A stretch of DNA of 61,696 bases, filler included, from Sluysia triapertura (GCA_046118255.1; 5 parts of 5 records of this genome joined end to end with filler, not necessarily neighbours in it); one strand, 5' to 3'. Shown: positions 26,395 to 38,505, counted from the first letter of the whole stretch. Made by a program: numbers and translations. Notes: a model not told the origin generated them from the sequence alone.

Positions 26395-26865
26395 ACTGAA
26401 GGTATTCTATTAGAAATAAATAAAAAAATTGTATGATCTCGTCTTAATATTTAGTCAGTTTACAATGACGTTAGAACTTTTGAAGTTTTCTGATCGTAAG
26501 TTATCCTCGTAATTAAGGTTGGGTGATTTTACACCTGTGGTGAAAATACAGGATCTCACTGATGAATTTAATAATGACAACAATATCAAATTTTTCATAT
26601 CGTCAGCGAAATGTGGTGGTTTGGGTATTTCTGTCTGTTTAGGTATAGGCCTAAAAAGTGCTATTTAGAATAAGGATCGTATAAAATAAAACTGTTAGTC
26701 GTGGCTGATAGTTTAGTTATGAGGGCCGGGTTCAAATTCCGGTCAGTCCATTTAATGAAGTCTGGCACATCCTCGGAATCAGAATGGATTTTGACATTGT
26801 AAGGTCGTATAATACAAGTACCATTGACAAATTATGAAATCAGTTCACAATAAAGTTAGAATATA
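26395..26865 (+). pseudogene. SMARCAD1: SNF2-family (SMARCAD1/Fun30-like) helicase C-terminal domain pseudogene fragment
   Basis: From 26441: VLIFSQFTMTLELLKFSDRKLSS*LRLGDFTPVVKIQDLTDEFNNDNNIKFFISSAKCGGLGI, versus SMARCAD1 VVLFSQFTMMLDILE...YLRLDGxT...LIDEFN...LLSTKAGGLGIN. It has an in-frame stop, is interrupted by a repeat at 26636-26767, and resumes weakly as IVRSYNTSTIDKL*..KLE. Confidence 0.78.
26636..26767 (+). mobile_element. tRNA-bearing short-LTR-like repeat inserted in the pseudogene
   Basis: TGTTTAGG start, GGCCTAAAAAGTGC leader, A box, B box GGGTTCAAATTCC, TCAGTCCATTT, and end GAAGTCTGGCA. Confidence 0.8.
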
Positions 26866-27354
26866 AAAATGAATATAGTTGCGAATGTGGAATTGAAATC
26901 AGAATTGGAATAATACATTACCTATAAAGAAATAAGCTATTATCGAGTCTGGAATTACTACCTATGGAGTTAACATTCTTGATATAACTGGACATCCATA
27001 TTCCGTGAATCACGAAATAAGTTCTACGATGGAACCTAGGATGAATTATTTATGCTGTTTATGCTGCAACAGAGTGATCGTGTTTTGAAGATTTAGGTCG
27101 AAGAATGCAAGGAATAAGAAGTACAATTTAGTTTTTATGGATTTTTATTTTTATGTACATGTTTGAACTGTATAACAAACACTAAATTCTTCCATCCAGT
27201 CATTTTTAAAAGCTTAATGAAGAGTAGACGAACGAGATAATAGCTTGTCCCAGAGTAAAATGAATTAGCTAATTAAAATTAGTTAACTTAATAAAAGATA
27301 ATGCAGAAAAATTAAGTAATATAGCAATCTTAATAAGGTCTATGTTTAAGGTAG

Positions 27355-27445
27355 ATGTAAATAATAATGTAAATAATAATAAATAATATTAAATAATAAA
27401 TAATAAATATTAAATAATAATAATAATAATGTAAATAATAATGTA
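27355..27445. repeat. (TAAATAATAAT)-like minisatellite
   Basis: Direct reading. Confidence 0.75.
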
Positions 27446-27544
27446 AAACTAAGCCATCCTGACTATAATACTTTAAACATAAGTACTTTCCAAATGACTT
27501 GATAATCCTACATGCGATCTAATTATCCAATAAATCTTTAACAA

Positions 27545-28150
27545 TAGCTCTAACTGAAGAACATGCACAACTTTTAAAGGATACTAGCGATGAATATGTA
27601 AATATCACTTTAAACGTCACAAAAACTAAGGACAACTTTATGAAAGGCTTTAATTATTCCTTTAAAAGAATTACATTAATTCCCACAAGAAACGACCAAG
27701 AAGTAAGATCGTTATATTCAAGACAACTTCTTGGTATTTTATAAACATACGATGAATCGAACTTGATATTTGTAAATGAAGTTGAATTTCACTATCATAG
27801 TACACAATGTAATAGGTTTACGATCCATAGATGTTTATGTACGTTGTGCAAAGTCAAAAACAAGATTTATTATTATCAAACTCAAACAATATCGCTATCT
27901 TTACTTGACAATCGTGATAATTGATAATGTTTCATAAGAGATTATTGAAGCTAAAAGTCATTTACTTCAATCATATTCACACTTTATAAGCATAATTAAA
28001 AAGATCTTTGTTAAGGTAATTTCGCGCATCGAACGAAGAACTGTTTAATCAAAATGATGATGTGGAAATTTTGATATTACCTGGAAATTGTGCAGCTTAA
28101 TATCATCACACCATTATCTTCATTTCAAGATTCATAAATAGAAATAGCCA
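27545..28150 (+). mobile_element. Tc1/IS630-like transposase remnant
   Basis: LTEEHAQLLKD, FNYSFKRITLIPTRND, NLIFVNEVEF (from IFIDE), IVIIDNV, IEAKSHLL..YSHF and NCAA*YHH. Confidence 0.75.
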
Positions 28151-28176
28151 ATTATTTATAAATAAAATTGTTAGAT

Positions 28177-28741
28177 TGTCATCACAACACTTAAAAAACA
28201 CATTAAAATTATTTAAAAATCAATTAGAATGCTTTATAAATCTTTAAAATTACTTTAAAAATAATAATTTTCCAAAAAAGAAAATAAAATTTCTAAAAAA
28301 GAAAATTAGCTTCTAAAAATGGAATAGAAGCTTCTAGAATGTTCTAGAACATTCCATAGATTTTCATTGGCTGATGACTAGTATATAAATTAGCGTCAGT
28401 ACAATGAAAATCGCCATTTTAAAACGTCATAATTTTGGATTTTATATTGTTTTGCAATTAAACCAGCGGACAATCTTCGATTTATTCCATGATTATTAAG
28501 TAGATATTAATTTCGTGTAAGGAAATTAATATCATAAAATCTATACATCAAAATCTATTTAATAAAGTGTAAGGTTTCCGATATATTCGATCTTTATTTT
28601 AACTCTGTCGTTTCTTGATTTTGTAAGCAATTTATATTATTTAAATTTTTGTAATAAAAGTTTCATTTATCAATAATTTGTTAAATCAGTACTTTGTAGG
28701 TAATTGTTAACTTATTTTACAGAAACGCCCACATTACGACA
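28177..28741 (+). mobile_element. probable solo LTR
   Basis: Starts TGTCATCA and ends TTACGACA. Internal ATTGG (CCAAT box), TATATAAA (~28383), AATAAA and splice-like motifs. TSD is imperfect (TTAGAT/TAAGAC). Confidence 0.55.
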
Positions 28742-31589
28742 TAAGACGTTGTTTACTGTAACCGGACCTTGCTCAAAAATATTTTGCTGTAGGTTAAGAG
28801 TTAGGAAAACCACAGCAAAATGATTTAATGTTACCTTTTCAAATGTAGCTTTTTGTTTTAAATTAAAAAATTAATATAGTTATTATAGTGTATTTAAATG
28901 TTTGTTAATCAAATAAATTAGTTATAACTTCGATATATTTAACAATTTATGAAGCATTTTTTTTCAAAATGAAGATTCACAGATTCAAAATATAATTACA
29001 AAATGAAATTACTAGCAATAACTTTTTATGGTGATACATTTGTAAAGTCTTCAGGCTTTTAACAAATAAACATTTATTTACAAAGCATTACCGACATCTT
29101 CACTTAACTTGACATAACTTGAATCTTTACGTTCATCTTCAACTAATTTAAATTACTGATATCTTAAAATCGTATTCCAAATTTACAATCAAATCAAACT
29201 AAAAAACATAGCGAAACCTTAAAATAAAACTTATTGTTATGAAATACAAAAATTTATACATCTACAATATTAAAGTTTAATTTAATATTAATAAAAAAAT
29301 GTTGAGACATTAAATAGGTCACAAAAATACCAATTACAAAAAAAATAATAAATTTGACAATAACATAAAAATTTTTAAAGATGTCTGAAGGTTAACAGGA
29401 TTAAAAAAATTAAATGAAACAAACATTCTATATAAATCAATAAAATTCAACAAAATTAGTAGAAATTAAATATTGTTATAATTTTTTTAAATTTTATATT
29501 TAATAAATTTTATTAATTATAATGAATATACTAATTGCTTTTATTTTATTGAATTCGTTCGTTTTATTATTAATTTTATTTCAATTTTTACAAAAGTATT
29601 TAAAAATATTTTCCTCCCTCAAATACTCAAGTTTTTATTTATACTATTAATTTTCGTACATTAAAAATGAATAAAGATGATCACTAAGGTTATTGGAAAA
29701 CTAGATACGATAATCGGACTAATTTTGAACCATAACATTATATGAATGGTGGCCGGAATTGTCTTGCCTAGATACTGTAATAAAACATTGAATATGATGT
29801 GGCATACAACCATATTATTTGTGTAGATGTTGAAAATTCTACAAAGTGCGTTTTCAAAGAATAAAGCTTAAAACTGATAATTTGTCGAAATAATAATGGA
29901 ACAGAAGATAAACAGATTCAAATTAATGGGTTTGAGTTTTTCATTTTTGTCACTTCACGCAAAATAACCAAGTTAGTTAGTAGTTCTAGGGGATTACGAA
30001 ATAAACCAAGCAAAATCATAATATTAGGTGTTATTTGTCATATGATTCGTATATACGGTTATTTAGTTACTATGTGAGCCAGACTCAAAGATGTAACGAA
30101 ACATTTCTTTTTGGCTGTGAAGCTATAATGAATGGAACAATGAGTCCAGCATGTTTTATGTAAATATGCAATATGTGTTTTGTATTATTTTTAATTCCAT
30201 TAAATAATTATTTATATTATAGTAAAATTAAAATAACTTAAGAAAATAGAATTGTTAAATAAAATAATAAAATTTAAAAAATATTTTTTTAGATAAAATT
30301 AATTAAGAAAGAAGTGTTTTTAAATTAAAAAAGAAAATTATCAATAAAAGAAAATTTAAATATTTTATTAAATTTGTTTTAATTTATCAATTTAAAAAAT
30401 AAAGGTAAATTTTAATGAGGCGTCAGCCAATTTAATATAATTAAAGATAAATTTAGTGCAAAATCAGAAGAAATTTTTAGCGACAAGACTAATTTGTGAT
30501 TTTTAGTTTGAAAAATAATTTAAATATCCATGCTGCACAAGTAATTTCTTATTGATAATTTTTAAAACTTTCATACTAATAAGAGAAAGTTAAAATCTTT
30601 CCTTAAAATCATTAATTAAATTTCAAGCTAGATCTTAATAAAACTAGCGAAATTTAAAGTTAAATTTCATATACATCATAAGATTTTGAATGTAAGAATA
30701 AAATCATCTTTATTATATTGTTCATTTTGTTGTAACTAATAATTTTTAAGTAGTTTTTTGGAATAATATAAGTTTTTTTAGAGTTGAATAATTCTTACTA
30801 AATAATTTTACTTTTCGGAGGCTAGTGTTATTTTTAAATTCATATATTGCATTTATACTAGACCTTAAAAAGGTTAGTGATATTTATAATTTTTCTGAAC
30901 TAGACCTTAAGAAGGCTGGTGGAACGTAATTAAAATGCAATTTAATTTAGAGAAAACGAGATAAAATTTAAATCTACAATGAGCTACCGTAACATAGTTT
31001 AAATTTAGAATTAAGTTTAGTTTAAGTTTGATTACAAAAACCTAATAACACGTCTCCAGAATTGGTATAAAGCGTGGATTTTAGGCGAACTCACCCTCAG
31101 TTATTTTGCAAGCATAAGCTTTTTTAGCATTTTTCTTGATAAAACACTTGCAATACTTTCAATTATTCTTCTATATTTGATTTCCGGGAAACAATGACTT
31201 AAAGTAGGATTGTTGCGTTCTTCCAAAACTCACTTCGTAGTTACCGTCGAACAGATTTCTCATTATGAAACACTGATTGACGACCCTTCGTAAAGTGACT
31301 GATCTAATTATTTTACAATGCTACTAAACGCAATTTTTATTTTGAAGCCTAAACTTACTATTTTATAAATTAATATTTAAGACTTAAATTCTTCCAAATG
31401 GTACTTAATTACTGAAATCAGTACAAGTACTTTAAATTTTATTATTGTTAATATAACATATATTATTATTAATATAAAATATAAATGCTTGAAACATTAT
31501 AATGACGTAATTAAGCGAAGTAGTGAAATTATATCATAAACCTGATGTTTGTTTAAGATTATAAACAATTTAATGACTATAAAACATAC

Positions 31590-31826
31590 TAATTTTCGAT
31601 GATATTCGTAATATTTTTGAGCAGCCTTAAATAAATTTTCCGAATAAACTTGATGAATATTCACCATTGCGTTATACAACAAATCACCACTTGCTTTGTA
31701 GTTGTATCTGTATGAGTCAATAAATCGAATAATTTGACTTTCTCGAAGTCGGAAATCTAATTGAGGGATTTCTGTAAACATTTTATTTAAATTAATAATG
31801 GAATTTTCAATGTCACCAAAGTTAAT
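31590..31826 (-). CDS. rapunzel-like exon 2
   Basis: AG acceptor at 31828-31827, GTATGT donor at 31589, 237 nt open. Confidence 0.8.
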
Positions 31827-34800
31827 CTAAATTAATTAGTTTTATTAAATTTGTTTTAATTTTGTAGTATGATATAGTATATTTAAATTGTATACATTTA
31901 TTTTATTAATATTATTAAAATAAAAAGTTGTTTAATTAAATTTATATAAGCAATTACGTAACTTAATATAAAAAAATTGTTCCGCGTACAACAAATATAA
32001 AACACTACATAATAAACTGGATCAAATTAATCGAATAGCAGTGGAAAAGGGAAAGAACGCCATAATATTCTCATTATTTAAATGCTCTTAAAATATGACA
32101 CGAAGTAATATCAAATATTGAGTAGAGCATGACTTAATTCTTATAATTTACGAAAAAAATTAAATTTAGTGTAATTACTTTTTAAGTCTGGAGGTGCATT
32201 TGCATACCAAGGACAAATTAAAAAAATAAGTTAAAATCAAAATTTAAAATCATAAATAATAATGAGGCAATAAAAATAATGTCAAGGTAAGAAATGTTAA
32301 AATCTAGTTCGTTTTGTGTTGTTTCAGAAAGCTTATAATATTATTATATAAATATTAATACAATTAAAATAATAATCTTTAATAATTATTTTAATAATAA
32401 TAATAAAGTGCCAAAATTATAAAAAAATAATTAAGAAATATAATACTAATATTTAGGTTAAATAATGTTAATGGCCTTGATTGCGTATTATTAGTAAGTC
32501 AAATTAATAAAAAGCACTATAAATATTATTATATTATTATTTTCGAAAAACTCAATTTTATTTTAAATCAAAAGTTTGAGTAAATATAATTTTATTACAA
32601 AAAGTTTAATCGAATTCCATAACGTCAAATCGATATTTTGCAAATTTTTGGTCCAACACTCGAAGTGTTAAAAAATTATTACCAATTAAGCTTAACGATT
32701 CCAAATTCCATCTATACACACGTTAGATTTTTATTTTTAAGTCTCATTTATTTGGTTTGGTTTTCATTTTAATTCTAATAACTCCTTCGTTGCTGATGCA
32801 TTTCAAAATTTTTAAATTCTCTATCATAATAATAATTCATAAATAAGCTTTATGAGTTTTTATAATTATTATAATTATTAATTATGTTTATTGAAATTAA
32901 TAGGGATTTCTGTCATAGTAATTTAATTATACTTAGAGAAACAGTAATTAAATTCGAATTAAAATATTTCTAAATACAAATTTTTAATTTTAATTTTTTT
33001 AAAATAAAGTAGATATTTGTCTCAATATTATCGTTATTAAGCCAAATAAATGTTTATCCAATAATATACTAGACATTTTTTATCAAATACAAATCTATGG
33101 AATTTGTTGGTATTATAAAAATATAACTTCATTTTCTTGTAGCAAATTTTTTAATAAGGTGAGACTATCGTGTCAAAAATTGTTAAATCAACATAATTTA
33201 GTGTCGCTTTAAAAGATATGGAAATTTAAACCATGAATGGAAATTTCATCCTAAACCATAATTATTTCAAGAAATTCATGTGTAATTTCTTTTAAAGGTT
33301 TTCTTTGATTCTTTACAACAGATATGATTTGTGTTTGAAAATCAAATGGATTAGTAATAAACTTTAGAGTCACTGAGTTCTCTTTTATCTTTCTCCAAAT
33401 ATTTCGATATAATAAAATGAATAAAAATAAACATGCAATGTAGTAGAAACTCCCGTTAGTAAGCTTGTCCATTCCAATCTATAATATTCTGCACTTAGTA
33501 CGAAATACGTACTGATGATAATAACACAACTGGTTTACAATTAACAAAATAACAAGAACAAGAAATGTAAATCCGAAAATATGGTAAACTTGTAAGCCCA
33601 TAATGATGCCATTATGAAATGTATTTTTAATGACTTGTTCCAACTTCAATGAATATGCTGCGATTTTTCTTATTTATTTGTGCAAATTGTTATAACTAGT
33701 AATGATCCGTCTACGATATGTGATTTAGACCTAAAGAGACGTATTCGTAAGTAACAGCACTTGTAACTTTAAGATTATTCTCGAAATATCCTGGTTATAC
33801 GTATATATATATGTAAACTTTCTACAGCAATATTTATTGCAAAGAATTATCAAACCAGTAGTATCTTATTCTTGTAAAACTTCTGAGGATTTTCTATTAA
33901 ATTAGTCTGTTAAAGTAATTTATATTCTAACTATTCTAAGCAATATGTAATAGTTGTGTATGGTTTACGTAACCTTTATATATTTCTTTTTAACTATTCG
34001 TTTAAATATGAGTTCAGCTTCAGCAGCGGTTCTTTAAAATTCCATATTCTTATACATCTAAATATATAAGCACACTTTCTTAAAAATTCTTTGTGACTCT
34101 TACTTATTCAACCGTATATAATTCTAAACAGTTCTTTAATATCTTATACCTTTTCCTTTTTTTTAAATAATTTAACCTTTTAATGAAATCCTAACTATGT
34201 TTATTTTCCGTTGTAAATTAAATTTATTTCACAATCTATTAGACGACAAATATTATATATGAATTTTATTTGCTTTATTCTAAGATCAACAAAATCTGTT
34301 TCTTTTCTTTTCCAAATGTAACAAAATCACACAAAAATCCGAAAATATATTACTAAACATAGATATAAACGATTGGAATAAAATAAAAAACGAATTATTG
34401 AAAAATAAAAATAATATATAGTTATTACCAGAAAATAAATTCTAATATAATTAAAGATTTTAAAAATGATTTTATGTTTAGTCTAAACTAAACTTGTTAT
34501 TAAAAATTTACGTACTTTTACGTACTAACAGAGACAAAACTTATCATAAAAGCTTATCTAAAATTCGGCCACAGCTAAAAATGATTTTGTTCGAATAATG
34601 ACGGAACCAAATCCAATTGCGTAACTCAGAATACACACGAAATAGGATAATTACACCAAAAACAAATCGATTAATCGCGAAATAAATGGATTACCAAATT
34701 AAACAGCTCCACCAACGAAAGTGATCAAATAATTAAGAAGTAATTGATTAAATACAAAACTTTGTAGTTCCTAGTAAAATTCCAATTCGTTTAATATTGC

Positions 34801-37479
34801 ACTTGTGACTCGTATTTCGAGTGACTTTATTTTATACTATCAGTAAGTGTTGATTATTCATCACAAAATAATAAATATTTATTTTTAGAAACTATTTTTA
34901 ACAAACTAGGTTAGTTGAAACAGTAATAAGCAGTGATTAACCAGTTAAAAATGAGGTAACTATTTATCATGATTAATTTATTTTTAAAAACACTGCAGAC
35001 AACCAGAGAAATGAGGTAAGTTTATCATTTGATTATTCATGGCTAATTATTTATTTTTAGTAACAGGCAACCAGAAGAATGGTGAGTGAATTATTCATTT
35101 ATTATTATTATTCATTATTTCTTTTAGGTCAATTGAGGTTAATTTATTATTATTTTAATTTTATTATTATTTTATTATTTCAGCTTCTGGTTAACGGGAC
35201 CTAGAGTACTAACAGATGAATCCGTTTTATTTTGGTTATCTTCTAATGTAGAATTTGAAGAAGCATAACTTTCTGTTTTTATATTAATTATTCATAAACA
35301 TAATTTCATAATAAATGGAAAATTAACAAACACTTCAGAAATAACGCGTCTTCTTGACATTTCTGTAATTATTTTTTATCCAGTAAACTTTAACCTGGGA
35401 AATTCTAGAAGTGTATTCTCTAGCCTTATACACTTTTGCAAAAGCTCCACTTTCTAAACGTCGATGTATTATCATTTCGAGTGATCCGGCTATACTCCTA
35501 GTGATTCCACTTGAAACAAAACCACATGAGATTTATGAAAAGAAAATAAGTCAGTGAAACCCTATTAGAAGTTTGTCATTGTGATTAATGAGCATCAGAT
35601 TAGAAACAAAAATTACATACAAAAAAGCTTAGATGCTATTAAAATTAATAATCTTAGTTGATTTACGTTTATTTTAGATAACGCTTGAAAAACTAATGTA
35701 GCAGTATATGTATGATAAGATATATGTGTTGGTGTTCGTTACGAATTGAAGGATTGGGAAGATTATGTATAATGAGTTTGTTTATATAAATTTATGTGTA
35801 TCAGTGTATAAAAAATTATTTAGGAGTCTGACCACCATAAATATAATTGTCCAAAATTTCGAGTAACTAATAAAATAACCGAAGTGATACATCTAAAAGT
35901 TGTGTTACTAAATTGTGATTGTTTTTTAACTGAAGCTAGTATTTATACTACTGAGTGACAAAACAGAATTCCCGAATTTTCCATAAAATTCTAGAAAATT
36001 ATTTCCTTTTCTTCGAAATTTTGTAATTTTAAAGGTTGTGTTGACAACCTAACAAACTCAAAATCAATTTTGTCAGTTATAATGAAATTAAATATTAAAA
36101 TTCATTAAGCGTAATCGCATATTCGACTTCCATAACTTATTTAATTGTCTTGTACTAAAATCTTGTGAATGAGCGATTTGAAAAACAAATTGCGATTGTA
36201 GGTTTTGCAATCACATCACAGATATTAAGTTACACAAAATAATAATTTGATTATTAAGAATAAATGGAAAACAAGATAGAATTCGCTCGAGTCAACTTAA
36301 ATAACAATTTCAGTGTTGTTCTGTTGCTAGAAACTACAATAAGGCATAAAAATAATTTTACATCAAGTGGAGATAAATCTGAAGTTAATATTTAATAGAT
36401 TATGTACAATAAAAATTGTTGTAAGAATTCTAATACGAAAAGAAGGACTTCGTAACAAATTAATATTAAGATAGTCATATTGAGATAACCAGATTGTATC
36501 ATCATTAGGAAAGGTAGTATAAATCTTAAGGTGTAAACGTTCATCTGTTAGACTTCGTAAAATGGACTGACCGGGGATCGAACCCAGGACCATCGCTGCG
36601 CAGTTCGAATATTTTACCGCTGAGCTCTCAGTCCCGTCTAACAGTTTTATTGTCAATTTTACCAAATGGCACTTTAGGCCATTTTACCCCAATACATCCT
36701 TACAATCGTTTATCTTATTATACATTAAGTCGAATGTTTGCATTTTAGAATATTATAACACTCTCAAAATTATATTTTGCAACCACTGTTATGCAAAATT
36801 TCCTGGATGTTTAAAAAATTGTATCTGAAAAACTTTAGGTACAAAGTTAAAGCAGAAAAATTAAAATAAATAATTGCAAATTTATTTAATTTCTTATTTA
36901 AACTGATTTACCTAAACATTTAGTTTTAATTTTTCATTAAAATGTTAACATTTTAAATTTTTTTAATTCTTTAAAATTTTTGAATTCTTTAAAGAACATG
37001 TGATATAAAAATTTTTAATATGTATGCATAAAAAATTAATTAATATTTACTTGAACAGCACTCCAATCTATTTTTCGTTTAATTTCATCAAATTCTACAC
37101 TCCATCTGTCAATTCTATTATTTAAATTAGCAAATTCTTTTTTCATAAGTGCCATTTCTGGTGATTCAATATTAATAAATAAAAATACAATTTCCAGTAT
37201 TGCTCCTGCTACCATAAAAATAGGACCAGCTATAGATGACATTTTAGTTAGTGTTGAAAGAAAATTTTTTTCTTCTAAAAATTTTAAAAATTGAACAGCG
37301 GCTTTAATTCCGTCTAAAATTATATCTTTTTCATGTTGTGTTATCTCGGACTTAATTTTTGGTAATTGTATATAAACATCCTCATCATAATGTGGAAACA
37401 AAAAATTTTCAACATGTGATTCACTGTCTATTAGCCATATTATACTGGCTATAAATAGTATTTTAAATAAAAGTCGCAT
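31590..37479 (-). CDS. secreted rapunzel/cephalotoxin-like protein, 5' two exons (3' end not found)
   Basis: Exon 1 (37479-37051) has a signal peptide and a hydrophobic helix, then ESPEMALMKKEFANLNNRIDRWSVEFDEIKRKIDWSAVQ. It splices in phase 0 to exon 2 (31826-31590), INFGDIENSI...SGDLLYNAM...ENLFKAAQKYYEYHRKL, which is the rapunzel-family pattern. Confidence 0.8.
34495..35214 (+). mobile_element. BEL/Pao-like solo LTR with tandem mini-introns, in the rapunzel-like intron
   Basis: Starts TGTTA with an internal GTACTAACA and ends GTACTAACA. Six GT-AG mini-introns lie at 34843-35183. No TSD seen. Confidence 0.5.
36546..36694 (-). mobile_element. tRNA-bearing short-LTR-like element (149 bp) with 4-bp TSD CATC
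   Basis: CATC at 36542-36545 and 36695-36698. Minus strand runs T(A)TTGGGG...GTCTAACA, with a tRNA-like cassette at 36563-36634. Confidence 0.85.
36563..36634 (-). pseudogene. tRNA-derived (Cys/Ala-like) pseudo-tRNA with A and B boxes
   Basis: Perfect acceptor stem GGACTGA/TCAGTCC and T arm CTGGG-TTCGATC-CCCGG, followed by TTTT. The D and anticodon arms do not pair, so it is not a functional tRNA. Confidence 0.75.
37051..37479 (-). CDS. rapunzel-like exon 1
   Basis: ATG at 37479, signal peptide MRLLFKILFIASIIWLIDS, GTAAAT donor at 37050. Confidence 0.85.
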
Positions 37480-38505
37480 GGATGAATAAAATGTTTTTAA
37501 ATAATTATATATAAAAAATTTAGTGAAATAAAACAGATGTAATTCTTAGTTAATGTAGGTAATCAAAAACGTGAAGTAAAGTTCAATTAACGGATTTTAA
37601 ATCTCAGTATGTTACGAAAAATGGAAATAATAAACCATTAATTATTTAAATTATGTTGAATACAAATAAAACAGTTTTGTTATTCATGATAAAATTTAAA
37701 ATCTATTTAATAAATCTTATTATAATGAAATATAAAGTTGTATGATAATTTTAATAAATTCACTTCTTTTTTAATTTTGAAATATAATTCGTGCTACTTT
37801 TTAAATTGGTACATTTAGTTCTTTATTAATAACTAATCAAAAACGATATAATTATTTATCTTGTCGGTTACATTATACAGGAAATAAGAACTAACGACCA
37901 TATTCCATAATAATATAAATAATAGTATTACTCAATAAATTTAAAAATATTTTTAAAATGACCGTATTAAAAGGTCTTAAAATAACAAATAAAATTTACG
38001 TTTATTTTAAATACACTTTAAATTGAGACGCTTAAAAATAACAAACTAACGATTAATATAAAATTTCGATTTTCAAAAATTTGTGTCCTTTTTTCCTAAA
38101 AATAAATTGAATAATAATTGCTGCAAAATGAACTTAAATAAAGAGGTGTATCTACAAGAAACTTGAATTATTTTAGAGGAATAATAAAGATTATGTAAAT
38201 TTTGGTACTAATTATATTATAGATTCTTTTTGTTTTAATTCCATAAATATATTTACGTTCATTCCGAGGGTTCAAACTACTAATTAACAAAGTCAACAAT
38301 ATTAAGGTATATTCAATAAACTTTCTAATTAATACAGTAATGATTTACTAAAATGAAATGTAATCGTAGTAAACGTTAAATTTATTTATGTCTAACGATA
38401 ATAAAACTGTTGGGATTGTCAAACTGTGGATCAGGAAATGAGTAAGAAACATATAGAACTATAAAATCAAGGAAGAACTTATACAAATTGATGGATTGAA
38501 CATTA

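Noticed and set aside
33495-33525. Hammerhead-like words GAAA and CTGATGA
   Set aside because: Only about 6 nt separate them in the wrong order, so the required stems cannot form.
36563-36634. Functional tRNA gene
   Set aside because: The D and anticodon arms do not pair, and it is part of a dispersed repeat with a TSD.
36363-36665. 100-aa minus-strand ORF
   Set aside because: Overlaps the tRNA-like repeat and has no protein motif.
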